Below are positions 13,019-25,979 of a stretch of DNA of 64,000 nt, piece after piece. Position numbers and translations under genes: made by a program. Each line of letters starts with the position of its first letter. The stretch's first letter is position 1. The notes beneath the pieces were generated by a model. The model was not told the origin of the DNA, did no database searches, and saw only the letters and a program-made list of their open reading frames with translations. Location: positions 155,744,001 to 155,808,000 of the forward strand of contig NC_042999.1 of NCBI RefSeq assembly GCF_006345805.1, read 5' to 3'. This stretch comes from Octopus sinensis (lineage: Eukaryota).

Positions 13019-13893
13019 GAGAATGTTGTTCTGGGTGCTTTTTTTTTACTTGGCACCAGCACTTTGTATGTGGCACCAGCACTGTCTCTTCTGCTCTCAT
13101 GGGCAAATTCTGTTGTGGTGGTGGGTCTTAGTACAGCAATACACCATATATTTTGGTTCTTTCTCATCTCCTCTCATAAAAGAAAATGGTTTTTAAGGTA
13201 CCATTTGTTTTTGGTTTTGTTGGCCAGACCCAGTAAATAAATGTTGTGATTCCTTTTGGAACCAGTTCAGGACCACAATACAATCACAATAAAAAAAGTT
13301 TGAAACTTCTAACCATTAAGTCAATAGCCACCCCTGCTCTCCCAATTTTCTCTTCCTTCTATCAAAGGAAACTGAACTTTCATAAATTCATTTGTTCGGG
13401 GATATATTAGAGCAAAACATTTGATAAAAAAACAACAAAACGTGTTTTCTTTTTATGTTTAAAGCTGTCCAACTGGTTTTTCTGATGAAAGACAAGAAAT
13501 AGATTAAAAGTTTTTAGTACAACCGACCCACCTTTGCAGTTATTTTGAGGAAATGACCAAAGGTATGAGGAAATTAGAAAGAAGTAATTAAGTAGTTTAA
13601 CGATTAGCTGTAGAACCTTTCTGCTTAACTGACTTCTGACTGACAACAACAATGTAAAAAAAAAATACAGTTAATGTAGTTTTCTAAGTGAATATAAGGA
13701 GGTTTAAAATTGGGGAAAAAACTACAAATTTGTAATAACAGCAGTGCTTTCTAATTTTGGCACAAGGTCAACAATTTTGAGGGGATGGGGTCCATGTTGA
13801 TTATATCAAGCCCCAGTACTTGACAAGTACCTTATTTTATTGCTCCCCCACCAGATACATGAATAAATAACAGTTATTATTATTATTATTATA

Positions 13894-14720
13894 GGTGGCA
13901 AGATGGTAGAATTGTTAGCACGGCGGGCGAAATGCTTAGCAGTATTTCGTCTGCCGCTACGTTCTGAGTTCAAATTCCGCCGAGGTCAACTTTGCCTTTC
14001 ATCCTTTCAGAGTCGATTAAATAAGTACCAGTTACACACTGAGGTTGATATAATTGACTTAATCCATTTGTCTGTCCTTGTTTGTCCTCTCTGTGTTTAG
14101 CCCCTTATGGGTAGTAAAGAAATAGGTATTTCGTCCGTCTTTACATTCTGAGCCCAAATTCTGCTGAGGTTGACTGTCTTTCATCCTTTTGGAACCAATA
14201 AAATAAGTACCAGTTATGCACTGGAGTCAATGTAATTGACTTAATCTTTGTTTGTCCTTGTTTGTCCCCTCTATGTTTAGCCCCCTGGGGGCAATAAAGA
14301 AATTAAAAAAAAAAAATTATTATTGAGGTGAGCTGGCAAATTGTCAGCAAGCTGGAGAAAGTGCTTAGAGGCATTTTGTCCCATTTTGATTAGAGTTCAA
14401 ATTCCGCTGAGGTTGACTTTGCCTTTCATCCTTTCAGGGTCGACAAAATGAGTACCATTTGAACATTGGGGTTGATGTAATCAACTTATCCTTTCCCCAC
14501 AAGATTTCAGGCCTTGTGTCTATAGTACAAAGATTATTATTAAGGTGGTGAGCTGGCAGAGTTGTTAGCACACTGGACTAAATGCATAGCGGTATTTTGC
14601 CTGTTACTACATTCTGAGTTCAAATTCCACTGAGGTCGATTATGCCTTTCATCCTTTTGGGGGTCAATGTAATCGACTAGTCCCCTCTCCCAAAATTTCA
14701 GGCCTTGTACCTATAACAGA
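13894..14720 (+). mobile_element. Family A SINE cluster: dimer 13894-14303 followed by two further copies
   Basis: Junction AAGAAATA|GGTATTT at 14124/14125; heads near 14325 and 14543. Confidence 0.85.
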
Positions 14721-15744
14721 AAGGATTATTCTACCTGAGAATTACATTAAAGATAAACCTTGATAATGCTGGTGCCATGTCAAAAGTACCCAGTACACAC
14801 TGTGATATGGTTGGCATTAGGAAGGGCATATAAACTATGCCAAAACGAACGATGGGATCTGGTGTGGCCCCTGACCTTGCTAGCTCCTGTTGAACTTGTT
14901 CCTGCATGGAAAATGGACATTATATAATGTCATCATTGTTTTAACATCCAGTTTTCCATATATATATATATATGCCAAATCAGACTGGAGTTCAATGCAG
15001 CCTCTCAGCTTACCAACTCTGATCAAACTGTCCAACCCATGCCAGCAGGGACAATGGATGTTAAATGATATCATTGCTTTAACATCCAGAAGGAAAGATA
15101 CCATTGAAAATGGTGTCTAAAAGTACAAAAATGTGGGTGAAATGATGGTTTAATTGTTGGTCAAATAACACCAAACGGAAATGTGTGTGTGTGCATATGG
15201 AAGCGTTATCACTAGAACATGTTAATTACTCAGCAAGTAATTATTTTCATTAGCCATTAGTTGTGTAATCATTTTCTTTAATTAAGAAAACTGATACTTT
15301 ACATTCTTTCGGTGATATTAGTTTGGACAGAAACGGCTTTGGTGAAGAAATAAGATCTCAAGAAAGGTGGGTGGCTTGCTTTGTGGATCCCTGCCATTGT
15401 AACATTCATTTATTTAACTGTTAATGGAACTGTTGCTTTCCTTTATAAATAACAACAGTTCCATAGAACTGGGACAATTTCACTGCAGCTAGATAACGTC
15501 CTTCCTAATGAATTTAACAGGAAGTGAGGCAGGCAAATGGATTGTGGGAAGTAGAGTCATCTGAGAAACACACTACAAATTTACATAGAAACTTCTAAGA
15601 AAGCACATCACGGATCCTTCACAAAGTTTTATGGCAGTGGTTCATATGGCCCTGGGAGCCCATGTACAATTTTGTTTGTTGAAAATCATGTGTAATAAAT
15701 TGGTTATACTTCTAAAATACACAAAATATTTTTATTTGCTTATA

Positions 15745-16020
15745 CATGCCAGCGCCGCCTCGGCTGGCTTCCGTGCCGGTGGCACGTTAAAAGCACCAAC
15801 CGATCGTGGCCAATGCCAGACCCCCCGGCACATGTGCAGGTGGCACGTAAAAAGCACCCACTACACTCGCGGAGTGGTTAGCGTTAGGAAGGGCATCCAG
15901 CTGTAGAAACACTGCCAGATCAAGATTGGAGCCTGGTGCAGCCCTGGCTTCCCAGACCCCAGTTGAACCGTCCAACCCGTGCTAGTGCGGAAAACGGACG
16001 TTAAACGATGATGATGATGA
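15745..16020 (+). mobile_element. Short RTE-tail repeat, near consensus (about 20 related copies, e.g. 35171-35340-, 46183-46445-, 54320-54512+, 59745-60075+, 61215-61660+)
   Basis: GTTAGGAAGGGCATCCAGCTGTAGAAAC...GGACGTTAAACGATGATGATGA, the same sequence as the 3' UTR of the RTE at 20727-21597. Confidence 0.88.
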
Positions 16021-16375
16021 CATCATCATCATCATTGTTTCATGTCCGCTTTCCATGCTAGCATGGGTTGGATGATTTGACTAAGGACTAGCTAACCAGA
16101 TGGCTGCACCAGGCTTCAATTTTAATCTGGCAGAGTTTCTACAGCTGGATGCCCTTCCTAACGCCAACCACTCTGAGAGTGTTATGGGTGCTTTTACGTG
16201 CCAGTCAGGCGGTACTGGCAACGACCTTGCTCGAATCTTTTATACATGCCACCGGCACAGGTGCCAGCAAGGCGATGCTGGTAACGATCACGCTCGAATG
16301 GTGTCTTTTGACATGCCACTGGCACGGAGGCCAGATAGCTGCTCAGGCAATGATCATGCTCGGATGTGCTCTTAA
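16021..16375 (-). mobile_element. Short RTE-tail repeat abutting the previous copy tail-to-tail
   Basis: catcatcatcatcattgtttcatgtccgctttccatgctagcatggg...ggatgcccttcctaacgccaacc. Confidence 0.88.
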
Positions 16376-16882
16376 TACCCTACTACACAATTTGTAATAT
16401 TTAATTATAAAAATATAATGGGATTTTTAAAACTTCAAATGGTTATGAGGGTCCAGTAGAATAAAATAGAAATCAAAGGGGTTCATTTGTTGTGAACCAT
16501 AATGATGGAGAATAGTTGACCATACAGGCTTGACCATTTGGAAGTATGTAACCAAGAACCTCATGTGGAGAGTTCTTGCGATATTGTGGTCACTTCCTTT
16601 TCCAAACAATGGTATTGGAGAGTCTTCAGCACCTTGAGTGACTGAGCAAGTCTTTCCAGAGACAGCAGGAACGACTTAGAAAAGATTGCTCTGACACCCC
16701 ATCACTACCCATCTTATCTCCTTCACCACCCTTAAATAATGTGGTGTAGCCATGCATTTCCTCTATGGCAACACACCTGTGTTTACCCTGTCATACTTTA
16801 GCCTTCCAACACCTGGCAAAAAGCCAGCTCCTCCTCTCACCCTACCCCTTACTTGAAGGAACTTTTCCTCTCTTCTTTTTCT

Positions 16883-17112
16883 TATTTCTTTATTGCCCAC
16901 AAGGAGCTAAATATAGAGAGGACAAACAAGGATAGACAAACAGATTAAGTCGATTACATCGACCCCAGTGCGTAACTGGTACTTGATTTATCGACCCTGA
17001 AAGGATGAAAGGCAAAGTCGACCTCGGCGAAATTTGAACTCAGAACGTTGCGGCAGATGAAATACCACCAAGCATTTGCCTGGCGTGCTACCGCGTCTGC
17101 CATCTCGCCACC
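16883..17112 (-). mobile_element. Family A SINE (similar minus-strand copies at 32645-32861 and 62574-62800)
   Basis: Reverse complement of the family A consensus. Confidence 0.85.
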
Positions 17113-17643
17113 TTTCTTTTTCTGTCTTACAACTTACTTAGTGACCTCATTGATGCCAGTGTCATGAAAAAAGAAAGCACCCAGTACATGCTGTAGGGGT
17201 TGGCATTAGGAAGAGCATCCAGCTGTGAAAATCCATTGCCAAAACAGACAGCAGAGCTTGGTGCAAGCTCCTGACTTGCCAGTTCCTGCTGAGGCAGCCA
17301 ACCCATGACAGCATGGAAAATGGAAGTTAAATGATTATGATGGCAATGGGCTTCTTTCAGTTTCTGTTAACCAAATCCATCCACACGGCTTTGGTTGGCC
17401 AGGGGATATAGAAGACACTTTCCCAAAGTGAAATCATTCCAAAGCAGACACATTGGAGTTTGGTACAGTCCTCTGGCTTGCCAGCTCCTACTGAACCTGT
17501 GATGCCTGCTTCCCAGTCATGTGGTTTTGAGTTCAGTACCACTGCATAGCACCTGGGGTGTCTTCTGTTAAGGCCGTGGGCAGACCAAAACCTTGTCAAT
17601 GGACTGGGTTGATGGAAACTGAAAGAAGCCTATAGTGTGTGTG

Positions 17644-18131
17644 TGAGAGTGCGACTGAGCGAGCGAGAGTGCGACTGAGAGAGTGAGAGTGCGACAGAGA
17701 GAGTGAGAGTGCGACAGAGAGAGTGAGAGTGCGACAGAGAGAGTGAGAGTGCGACAGAGAGTGAGAGTGCGACAGAGAGTGAGAGTGCGACAGAGCGAGA
17801 CAGAGAGTGAGAGTGCGACAGAGAGTGAGAGTGCGACAGAGTGAGAGTGCGACTGAGAGTGGGAGTGCGACTGAGAGTGGGAGTTGCGACAGAGAGTGAG
17901 AGTGCGACTGAGAGTGAGAGTGCGACAGAGAGTGAGAGTGCGACTGAGAGTGAGAGTGCGACTGAGAGAGTGAGAGTGCGACTGAGAGAGTGAGAGTGCG
18001 ACTGAGAGTGAGAGTGCAACTGAGAGTGAGAGTGAAACAGTGAGAGTGCGACAGAGAGTGAAAGTGCGACAGAGTGAATGAGAGTGCGACTGAGCATGAC
18101 TGAGCGAGTGAGAGTGTGACTGAACGAGTGA
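17644..18131. repeat. Complex GAGAGT/GCGACA minisatellite (18-20-bp units) grown from a SINE microsatellite
   Basis: Repeating gagagtgagagtgcgaca/ct directly after the SINE body aactgaaagaagcc. Confidence 0.9.
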
Positions 18132-18744
18132 GGCTCCTATTGAACCATCCAACCCACCCACCCATGTCAGCATAGAAAACAACAAGAGTAAGGAAAGTGT
18201 TTGCATAACACGAGACAAACAACCACATTGTAGGGCGAAGGTATCTTTAATTAATCTAAGCCACCAAAACAACAATGTCGCCCTGTCTACAAGTCGTAAC
18301 CTAAACCAGAACGAAACATAAATAAAATGAAATGCTTCAGATGACAAACAATAAAACATGTCATTCAGAGTGGGGATGGGTTGAGATTCATCATTAAAAT
18401 TACAATTATATGGCTCTTTATCATTGCCAATATATTTTAAAGGAGACACCAAGCCTTCTTTCACGTGTCCACAGAGCATATCAAAGAGAAGTGAACTTAA
18501 GTGAATTTACGCTGGAGGTATTTCATTGTGTGTGAGGATTTTATCAATGTATGCATACAGAGCAGAGACGGTTTATTGTATTGGTAGTGACTGATATATT
18601 TGTGTATATAATATAAGTACAGCCACGTGGTCTGGTGTTCAGTACCACTGCATGGCACCTGTGGTGTCTTGTGTTAAGGCAGAGGGCAGACCAAGGTCTT
18701 GTCAAAAGACTGGGTCAACAGAAACTGAAAGAAGCCTATTGTGT

Positions 18745-19072
18745 TTGAGTGAGAGTGAGTGAGAGAGTGAGAATGAGTGAGAGAGTGAGTGTGAGAGTGT
18801 GCGAGAGTAAGTGAGTGTGCAAGACAGGGTGAGTGTGCGAGACAGAGGGTGAGTGTGCGAGACAGAGGGTGAGTGTGAGAGACAGAGAGTGAGTGTGCGA
18901 GACAGAGAGTGAGTGTGCGAGACAGAGAGTGAGTGTGCGAGACAGAGAGTGAGTGTGCGAGATAGAGGGTGAGTGTGTGAGACAGAGGGTGAATGTGCGA
19001 GGCAGAGAGTGAGTGAGTATGCAAGAGTGTGAGCAAGACTGCAAGTGTGTGAGCAAGACTGTGAGTGTGCAT
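18745..19072. repeat. 20-bp minisatellite (GAGTGAGTGTGCGAGACAGA) grown from a SINE microsatellite
   Basis: Follows a second SINE body at the equivalent position. Confidence 0.9.
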
Positions 19073-20726
19073 GCAAGCCTGTGTTTCCTTGTCTTGACCT
19101 TGAGATGTAATAGTTGTAAAGTTCTCATCCTTATCAAACAAGCAATGTTCATTTCTAGTCTTCCAGGAGAAAAATTTCTGGTCATGTGGAAATATTGCTT
19201 GGAAAGAGGTTATGGCTTACCCACAGGAAGGGCCTTTGGCTCTAGGATTTAAGCTTCAACAAAATTCTGTCTGACCCATGCAAGATCAGAAAAGTGGATC
19301 TCAAATGATGATGATGATGTACAACTGATATAAAACCTGTTGAGAATGAGGGATATCATTTCAGGAGTTCTTACTTGTAGTTCTTGTTTTAAGGAAGAGC
19401 TGGCAGAATGGGTAGAGCATCAGATAAAATTCTTTGTGGTATTTTCCTAACACTTTATACTGCATTCAAAACCATTGTAAGATCCCCACCAGAATCAAAG
19501 AAAGTTCTGGGGGTGATGGTATTGACTAAACTCCACCCCCTCTAAAATTTCTGGCCTTGTGCCAAAGTCAGAAAATTCTTTTGTTTCGGTTGCTGGACTG
19601 TGGCCAAGCTGGAACACCACCCTGTAGGGTTTTAGCCAATCAAGTCACTCTCAGAACTCAATTTTGCCCTTCTTTCCTTTCTAAGCCTGGTACTTACTGA
19701 AATGTTATCTCTCTATTAGTGACTTCCCACTAAGTTATGGGGACGTAAACAAACCTACACCAGTTGCCAAGTAGCAAAAGAGAAACATATATATGCACAA
19801 AACAGTGACAAGCTTAATTTTTTTCTATTAAATTCACTGACAAGACATTAGCTAATTCAGAACCATAACAAAAAATTTCCCAAGGTATCATGGAGTGGAA
19901 CTGAACCAGAAACCAGCAATTGCAAAATGGCCTTCTTAACACAGCAACGATTTGTGTCAATTGTATAAATTTTAAATAGATAATTTATTCTTTTGTTTCA
20001 GTCATTTGACTGTGGCCATGCTGGAGCACCCCCTTTAGTTAAACAAATCGACCCCAGGACTTATTCTTTGTAAGCATGATACTTATTCTATCGGTTCCTT
20101 TTGCAGAAACGTTAAGTTATGGGGAAGTAAACACACCAACATCGGTTGACAAGCGATGGTAGGGGGACAAACAGACACAAATATCACACACACACACACA
20201 CACACATATATACACGACGGGCTTCTTTCAGTTTCCGTCTACCAAATCCACTCACAAGGCTTTGGATGGCCCGAGGCTATAGTAGAAGGCACTTGCCCAA
20301 GGTGCCACGTAGTGGGAATGAACCCGGAACTATACAGTGGGGAAGCAAGCTTCTTACCACACAGCCATTCCTGCGCCTGTTTATCGTAATACAAAGAAAT
20401 TATTTTGTGTGGCTATCAAAATATATAGAAATAATTTCACGATCCATATAACGAGCTCATTAAATGTACGTGTCTATGGAGGTACTTGTGATCATGGTTT
20501 ATAGTCCAAGTGGAAATAACTGTGACAGTTAAGTAAGAGTTACTCCCCTTTAATACCATTTTCTTTTCCTGGCAAAGAGAGTAATGTGGTTGGCTGTCCT
20601 GCTAGAAATATCAACCAAAAATCTCCCTTAAATATCTTATTTGTTGCAACCATGCTGGGGCACTGCCTCGAAGAATTTTAGCCGAACGAATCGACCCCAT
20701 TAATTTCTTTTAAGCCTGATATTTTG

Positions 20727-21597
20727 CTGGCAACAAAGGGCTTCTCTCTCAGATTGAAAAGCAGACTGTTTGATGCCTGTGTGAGAACAGCTATGCTGCA
20801 TAGCAGTGAAACATGGGCTTTGACAGCCAAGGACATGCATAGGCTTGAGAGAAATGAAGCCAGTATGCTTCGCTGGATGTGCAATGTTAGTGTGCAAGTA
20901 TGACAGAGTGTAAGCATCTTGAGAGAAAAGTTAGGCGTAAGAGGAATCAGATGTGGTGTGGAAGAGAGATGACTGCGCTGGTATGGTCATGTGATGTGTA
21001 TAGATGAGGTCAGCTGTGTAAAGAAGTGCTGGTCTCTAACTGTGGAGGGAATTTATGGTAGCGGTAGACCCAGGAGGGCATGGGACGAAGTGGTGAAGCA
21101 TGATTTTCAGACTTTGAGCTTCACAAAGGCAATGACTGATGACCGAGAGACATTTAGTGATGTGCTGTGCTTGAGAGGACCCATCAAGCCAAGTGAAATA
21201 ACAATGGTAACTGGTATCCGTCCTGGTGGCACATAAAGAACATCTTTCGAGCGTTGGGCCTCACAGAGGCAAAGTGGCTGAGCTTCTTTCGAAAGTTGGG
21301 CTTCAAGGAGGCAAAACGGCTGAGCTCCTTTTGAGCATTGGGCCTCACGGAGGCAATGACCAAGATCTTTGGCATTATGTTGTGCTTGAGAAGAAGATCC
21401 ATCAAACTGAGCAAAATCGCAGTTGTGGAAGATACCGGTGTCATGCAAATGGAGAGGTTGGCATTAGGAAGGGCATCCAGCCGTAGAAAGCAATGCCAAA
21501 TCAGACTGGAGTCTGGTGCAGCCTTCAAGCATGCCAGCCCAGTCAACCTGTCCAACCCATGCCAGCATAGACAATGGACGCTAAATGATGATGATGA
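20727..21597 (+). mobile_element. RTE-clade LINE, 5'-truncated 3' end with (GAT)n tail
   Basis: Decayed ORF LFDACVRTAMLHSSETWALT...MLRWMCNV...LRWYGHV...GRPRRAWDEVVKHD, typical of the RTE ORF2 C-terminus. Followed by the AGGAAGGGCATCCAGC...GATGATGA 3' UTR shared with many short repeats in the window. Confidence 0.88.
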
Positions 21598-23046
21598 CTT
21601 ACTCTATTGGTTTATTTTGTACAACCTCTAAATTATGGGAATGTAAACACATTTACACCAGTTGCCCTGCGGTGGTGACACACACACACACATAACAGGC
21701 TTTTTTCAGTTTCCATCTATGAAATCCACTCACAAGGCTTTGGTTGACCCGAGGTTATAGTTGAAGACATGTGCCCAAGGTGCCAGGCAATGGGACTGAG
21801 CCTGGAACCAGGTGATTAAGAAGCAAACTTCTTATCACACAGCCAAGAAGGATATACTGGAGGATTATTTCAACAAGTGCAAAAAGACAGGATGGTCATG
21901 GCTGGCTTGAGATTCTGAACAAGAACAATTTAACTCTTTGGCATTCAGAGTCATCTGTCAAATGAAGTGCTTTTTTTTATTTGTATAGTTTTGAATTTAT
22001 AATGCATTATCTCATATCTTTGAGATTTCAATGATGTGATTGTTTAGTTTCAAAATGGCATTGTAGGGTGAGTGTGAAAGGTCAGATCTGGATGATTTGA
22101 AGATAAAACAGGTGATATATTTTGGCCGAAAACCTCCCGAGTTCCAGAGCTGCAGGCTCACCACCAAATGCTGTTTGATACCTTGAACAAGGCCAGATGG
22201 ATTATCGAGATAAAGAATATAAGCACAACCAGTAGGCATCAAAGATGACATCTAAGAAAGAGAAACTAAGTATGGTTTTTATTCAATAGGATGGGGGGGT
22301 CAGGATTACTCTGGATCCAATCAATTGGTTTACTTCTTAGACAGGAGTGACCTGCAGAGATCATCATCAATTAACATGTTTTTCATGTTGGCATGGGTTG
22401 GATAGTTTGACAGGAGCTGACAAGTGAGAGGACTGCACTAGGCTCCAGTCTAATTTGGCAGACTTTCTATGGCTGGATGCCCTTCCTAACATGCCAACCA
22501 CTTTACAGTGTGTGCTGGGTGTCATTGCAACTGTCCTAACTAGTGTTGCAATGACCTTGACAAATAAGTAACACTTCCAGATGCTTCAGTGGTTGTAGAA
22601 CAACAAATTTTATACAACCCCCACAACTAAATTCCACCCCTGCCACGGGTACTACCACCCCTCCCACAAGCAGCTCAACCAATACAACCACAATTATAGA
22701 TACTATCATCAACCTCCACCACAATCACCACTTTCCCCAACACCACCACCACATCCACTACAACCATCGCATCTTCCCACCCATTTCCTGTAGTCCCCCT
22801 CTTTCCACATCATCTGATATCGTATGACAAGTGAAGCGTAACAGACAGAATTATTTATGCAAAGTTAGAGGTCAAAAGCCATGAGACAAGATTTCTCATT
22901 CATTGATATTATTATTATTATTATCATTTGGTTAACCTGATCAGTTTCAGGGAATCTCACAAAGTCTCATAACAGGTTTTGTTTGCTTTATATATATATA
23001 TAAACACACATACAGACACAAATATACACACACATATAGATATATA

Positions 23047-24300
23047 CAGAAGGTCGAATAAAATAATGGAAGCATCATAGCATCATAATTTTGAAATATC
23101 TATAAAACCAGTTATTTTTATGTTTTTTGATTTATTATTAGTGTTGATTAATATGTTTTGTTAAAATTGCTGTTTCTTTTCAGATATCATCAGAAAAAGG
23201 TAATTAAAATTCATTCAAATGACAAATTTATCGAACTTTCAAAGAGATCAAATTGTTGGTGCTCATATGGCAGGTGCTAGTATAACGTAAACAGCTGAAA
23301 TGTTTGGTGTATCAAGAAATACTGTCTTCAAAGTAATGACAGTCTTTAAGAAAGAAGGAAAAACCTCCTTGTCAAAATAAAACTCCAAAAGAAAACCAAA
23401 ACTTTCAGATAGGGACCATTGGACTCTTACACTAATTGTTAGAAAGGATCACAAAATTACAGCTCCCAAAACTACTGCAGAACTTAATGACCACCTCAAG
23501 AACCCAGTTTCCACAAAAACTGTTCGTTGGGAGCTGCACAAAGCCAGATTTTATGGGCTGCAATCAGGAAACCACTACTTTCAAAAACAAACGTTGCAAA
23601 GTTTGATCAGTGGAGTAAAAACCTACAGAATTGGTCCCAAGAGCAGTGGAAGAATGATATTTTCTTGGACAAGTCATCCTTTACCTTATTTCTGACCACA
23701 GGCCGAGTATACATGTGGAGACAGCCAAAAGAAGCATTTGACTCAGACTACCTTCTTCCAACTGTTACACATGGAGGATATGTGATGATCTGGGGGGGGG
23801 GCTATATCTTGGAAATCTGCCAGCTCAATGGTTTCCCTTCATGACAGAATTAATAGTCAAGACCATTTATGCATTTTATCTGATCAAATTCATCCTATGG
23901 TTGCGGAACTGTTTCCATAAGGAAACGTAATCTTTCAGGATGATAATGCACCAATTCACACAGCTAAAGTTGTTACTGAATGGCACGAAGAACATTCTAG
24001 TGAAGCTGAACATCTTATCTGGCCACCACAGTTTCCAGATCTCAATATTATTGAACATTTATGGTGCATTTTAGAAAAACAAGTAAGGAGTCGATATCCT
24101 CCACCATCATCACTACAACAACTGGAGACTGTTTTAGCTGAAGAATGGACAAAATGTTTTTGGAAACAATTCAAACTTTGTACGAGTTTGAATACCTTGA
24201 GGAATTCAAGCCGTAATTACAGCCAAAGGCAGTCCTACCCCATATTAAAATAAATTTGTTTGAAAATTTAAGGTGTTTCCATTATTTTGTCCAACCCCTG
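23047..24300 (+). mobile_element. Tc1-like DNA transposon, full length but decayed transposase, DD36E spacing
   Basis: TA-flanked TIRs CAGaaGgTcGaAtAAAATAATGGAAgCA and rc CAGGGGTTGGACAAAATAATGGAAACA. Pseudo-ORF from ATG 23219 (MTNLSNFQRDQIVGAHMAGASIT*TAEMFGVSRNTV...) to TAA 24248 has stops and frameshifts. Motifs IFLDKSSF, FQDDNAPIHT and WPPQFPDLNIIEHLW. Confidence 0.93.
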
Positions 24301-24368
24301 TATGTATTTGTTTAAAGGGTGGGGGAAGAGATGATGTGGCATAAGCAATATAATGTCCTTGCTTACCA

Positions 24369-24401
<33 letters not shown>

Positions 24402-25744
24402 TGTGTGTAAGTTTGTGTGTCCACATGTATATGTTGTGAGTGTGTGTATGTGCAAGTGCATGAATAAGTACATGTATGTACACTTGAGTACATGCACTTT
24501 TGCATGCATGTGTGCATGTACAAGTGTATATGTATGTAAGTGTGCATGTGAGTATATGCATGTGTGTGTATGCATATGAGCAAAATGTACACATAAAACA
24601 CAAAAGCCAAAATTCCTTTCAGTTCTGAAAAGTCTTTAAAACCAAAGTTAATTAAATAAAGTGATCCCTAAAATTCGTTGTTGTTGTTTCTGGCATAAGA
24701 CAAGGCCCCAAATTTGTATTCTGTTTGCACGGATTGGACAGAATTTGTTGAAGCAGATTTTCTTTTGCCGATGCCCTTCTTATCACCAACTCTCATCTGT
24801 TTCCAAGTAAGGTTAATATTTCCCTATGATAGGAGGCGAGCTGGCAGAATCGTTAGCACGCCAGGCGAAATACTTAGCGTATTTCATTTGCCATTACATT
24901 CTGAGTTCAAATTTCACCGAGGTCAACTTTGCTTTCATCCTTTTGGGTCGATTAAATAAGTACCAGTTACACACTGGGGTTGATGTAACTGACTTAATCC
25001 CTTTGTCTGTCCCATCTATGTTTAGTTCCCCCATGGGCAATAAGGAAATAAATATTTCCCCATGACCAGATTTGTTTTCATAAAAAACTGAAAAATGAAG
25101 GAGACAGCTTGCATGATGGTGACACAACTGTCACATGGTGTCAAAGCGAGGAAACACACATAAAGCAGGTTTCTTTCAATTTCTGTCTACCAAATCCACA
25201 CATAAAACTTGGGGCAATAGAAATTTGCCCTAAGTGCCACATAATGGAACTGAACCTGAAACCATGTGGTTGGGAAGCAAACTTCTTAACCACACAGCCC
25301 TTGCCAGCACCTGTGTGTGTGTGTGCATGTGTAATTATTAGGCCCAAGACACAAAGATGACAAGAACTGAATGTAAATGTGAACTCCAAACCCAAGTTTC
25401 CCCACACCTTAGACGTAAAAAGCACAATCCAAATGTGATCAATGCCAGACCTGCATGACTGGCTCCTGTGCCAGTGGCATGTAAAAAGTACCCATTACAC
25501 TCTCAGAGTGGTTAGCGTTAGGAAGGACATCCAGCTGTAGAAACATTGCCAGATCAGATTGGAGCCCAGTGCAGCCTTCTGGTTTCTCAGACCCGAGTCA
25601 AGCCGCCCAACCGAGCCAGCATAGAAAACAGACATTAAACAATGATGATTCATTAAACAAAAAGATATTTTCTTGAATATACCAAGACACAAATCTATGA
25701 AGAAACAATCCCATTTTGGTTGTGATAGTTAACATTGTTTTTAC

Positions 25745-25841
25745 CTGTGGACCTTCTCGGTCATTTCTGAAAACTGGCGTAACAATTCTTCGTTTTGTCG
25801 TTTTGATACTTCTTGGATAAACAACTAAGATTTCAAACCAC
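25745..25841 (-). CDS. MPRIP: Coding exon of the MPRIP/outspread-like gene, PH C-terminal helix (R-WFEILVVYPRSIKTTKRRIVTPVFRNDREGPQ)
   Basis: Acceptor ttttattatctgtttttag| and donor CAG|gtaaaa; 97 nt. The first G completes the AG|G codon of the previous exon and the exon ends in phase 0. WFEILVVYPR parallels MPRIP WLEMLMVYPR. Confidence 0.88.
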
Positions 25842-25979
25842 CTAAAAACAGATAATAAAACAACATAATTAGAAATTCCAGTGTTTGAGATCGTGTTTTT
25901 GCTATTTTTCTAAACGATTTTGAGAATAAAACAATATTGTTATATAATTCAACTTGTGCGATTATATTAAACATTAAAA

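Noticed and set aside
25745-25824. Alternative acceptor giving a coiled-coil-looking peptide LFIQEVSKRQNEELLRQFSEMTEKVH
   Set aside because: The upstream exon ends in phase 2, and only the 25841 acceptor yields the conserved WFEILVVYPR helix and a phase-0 exit.
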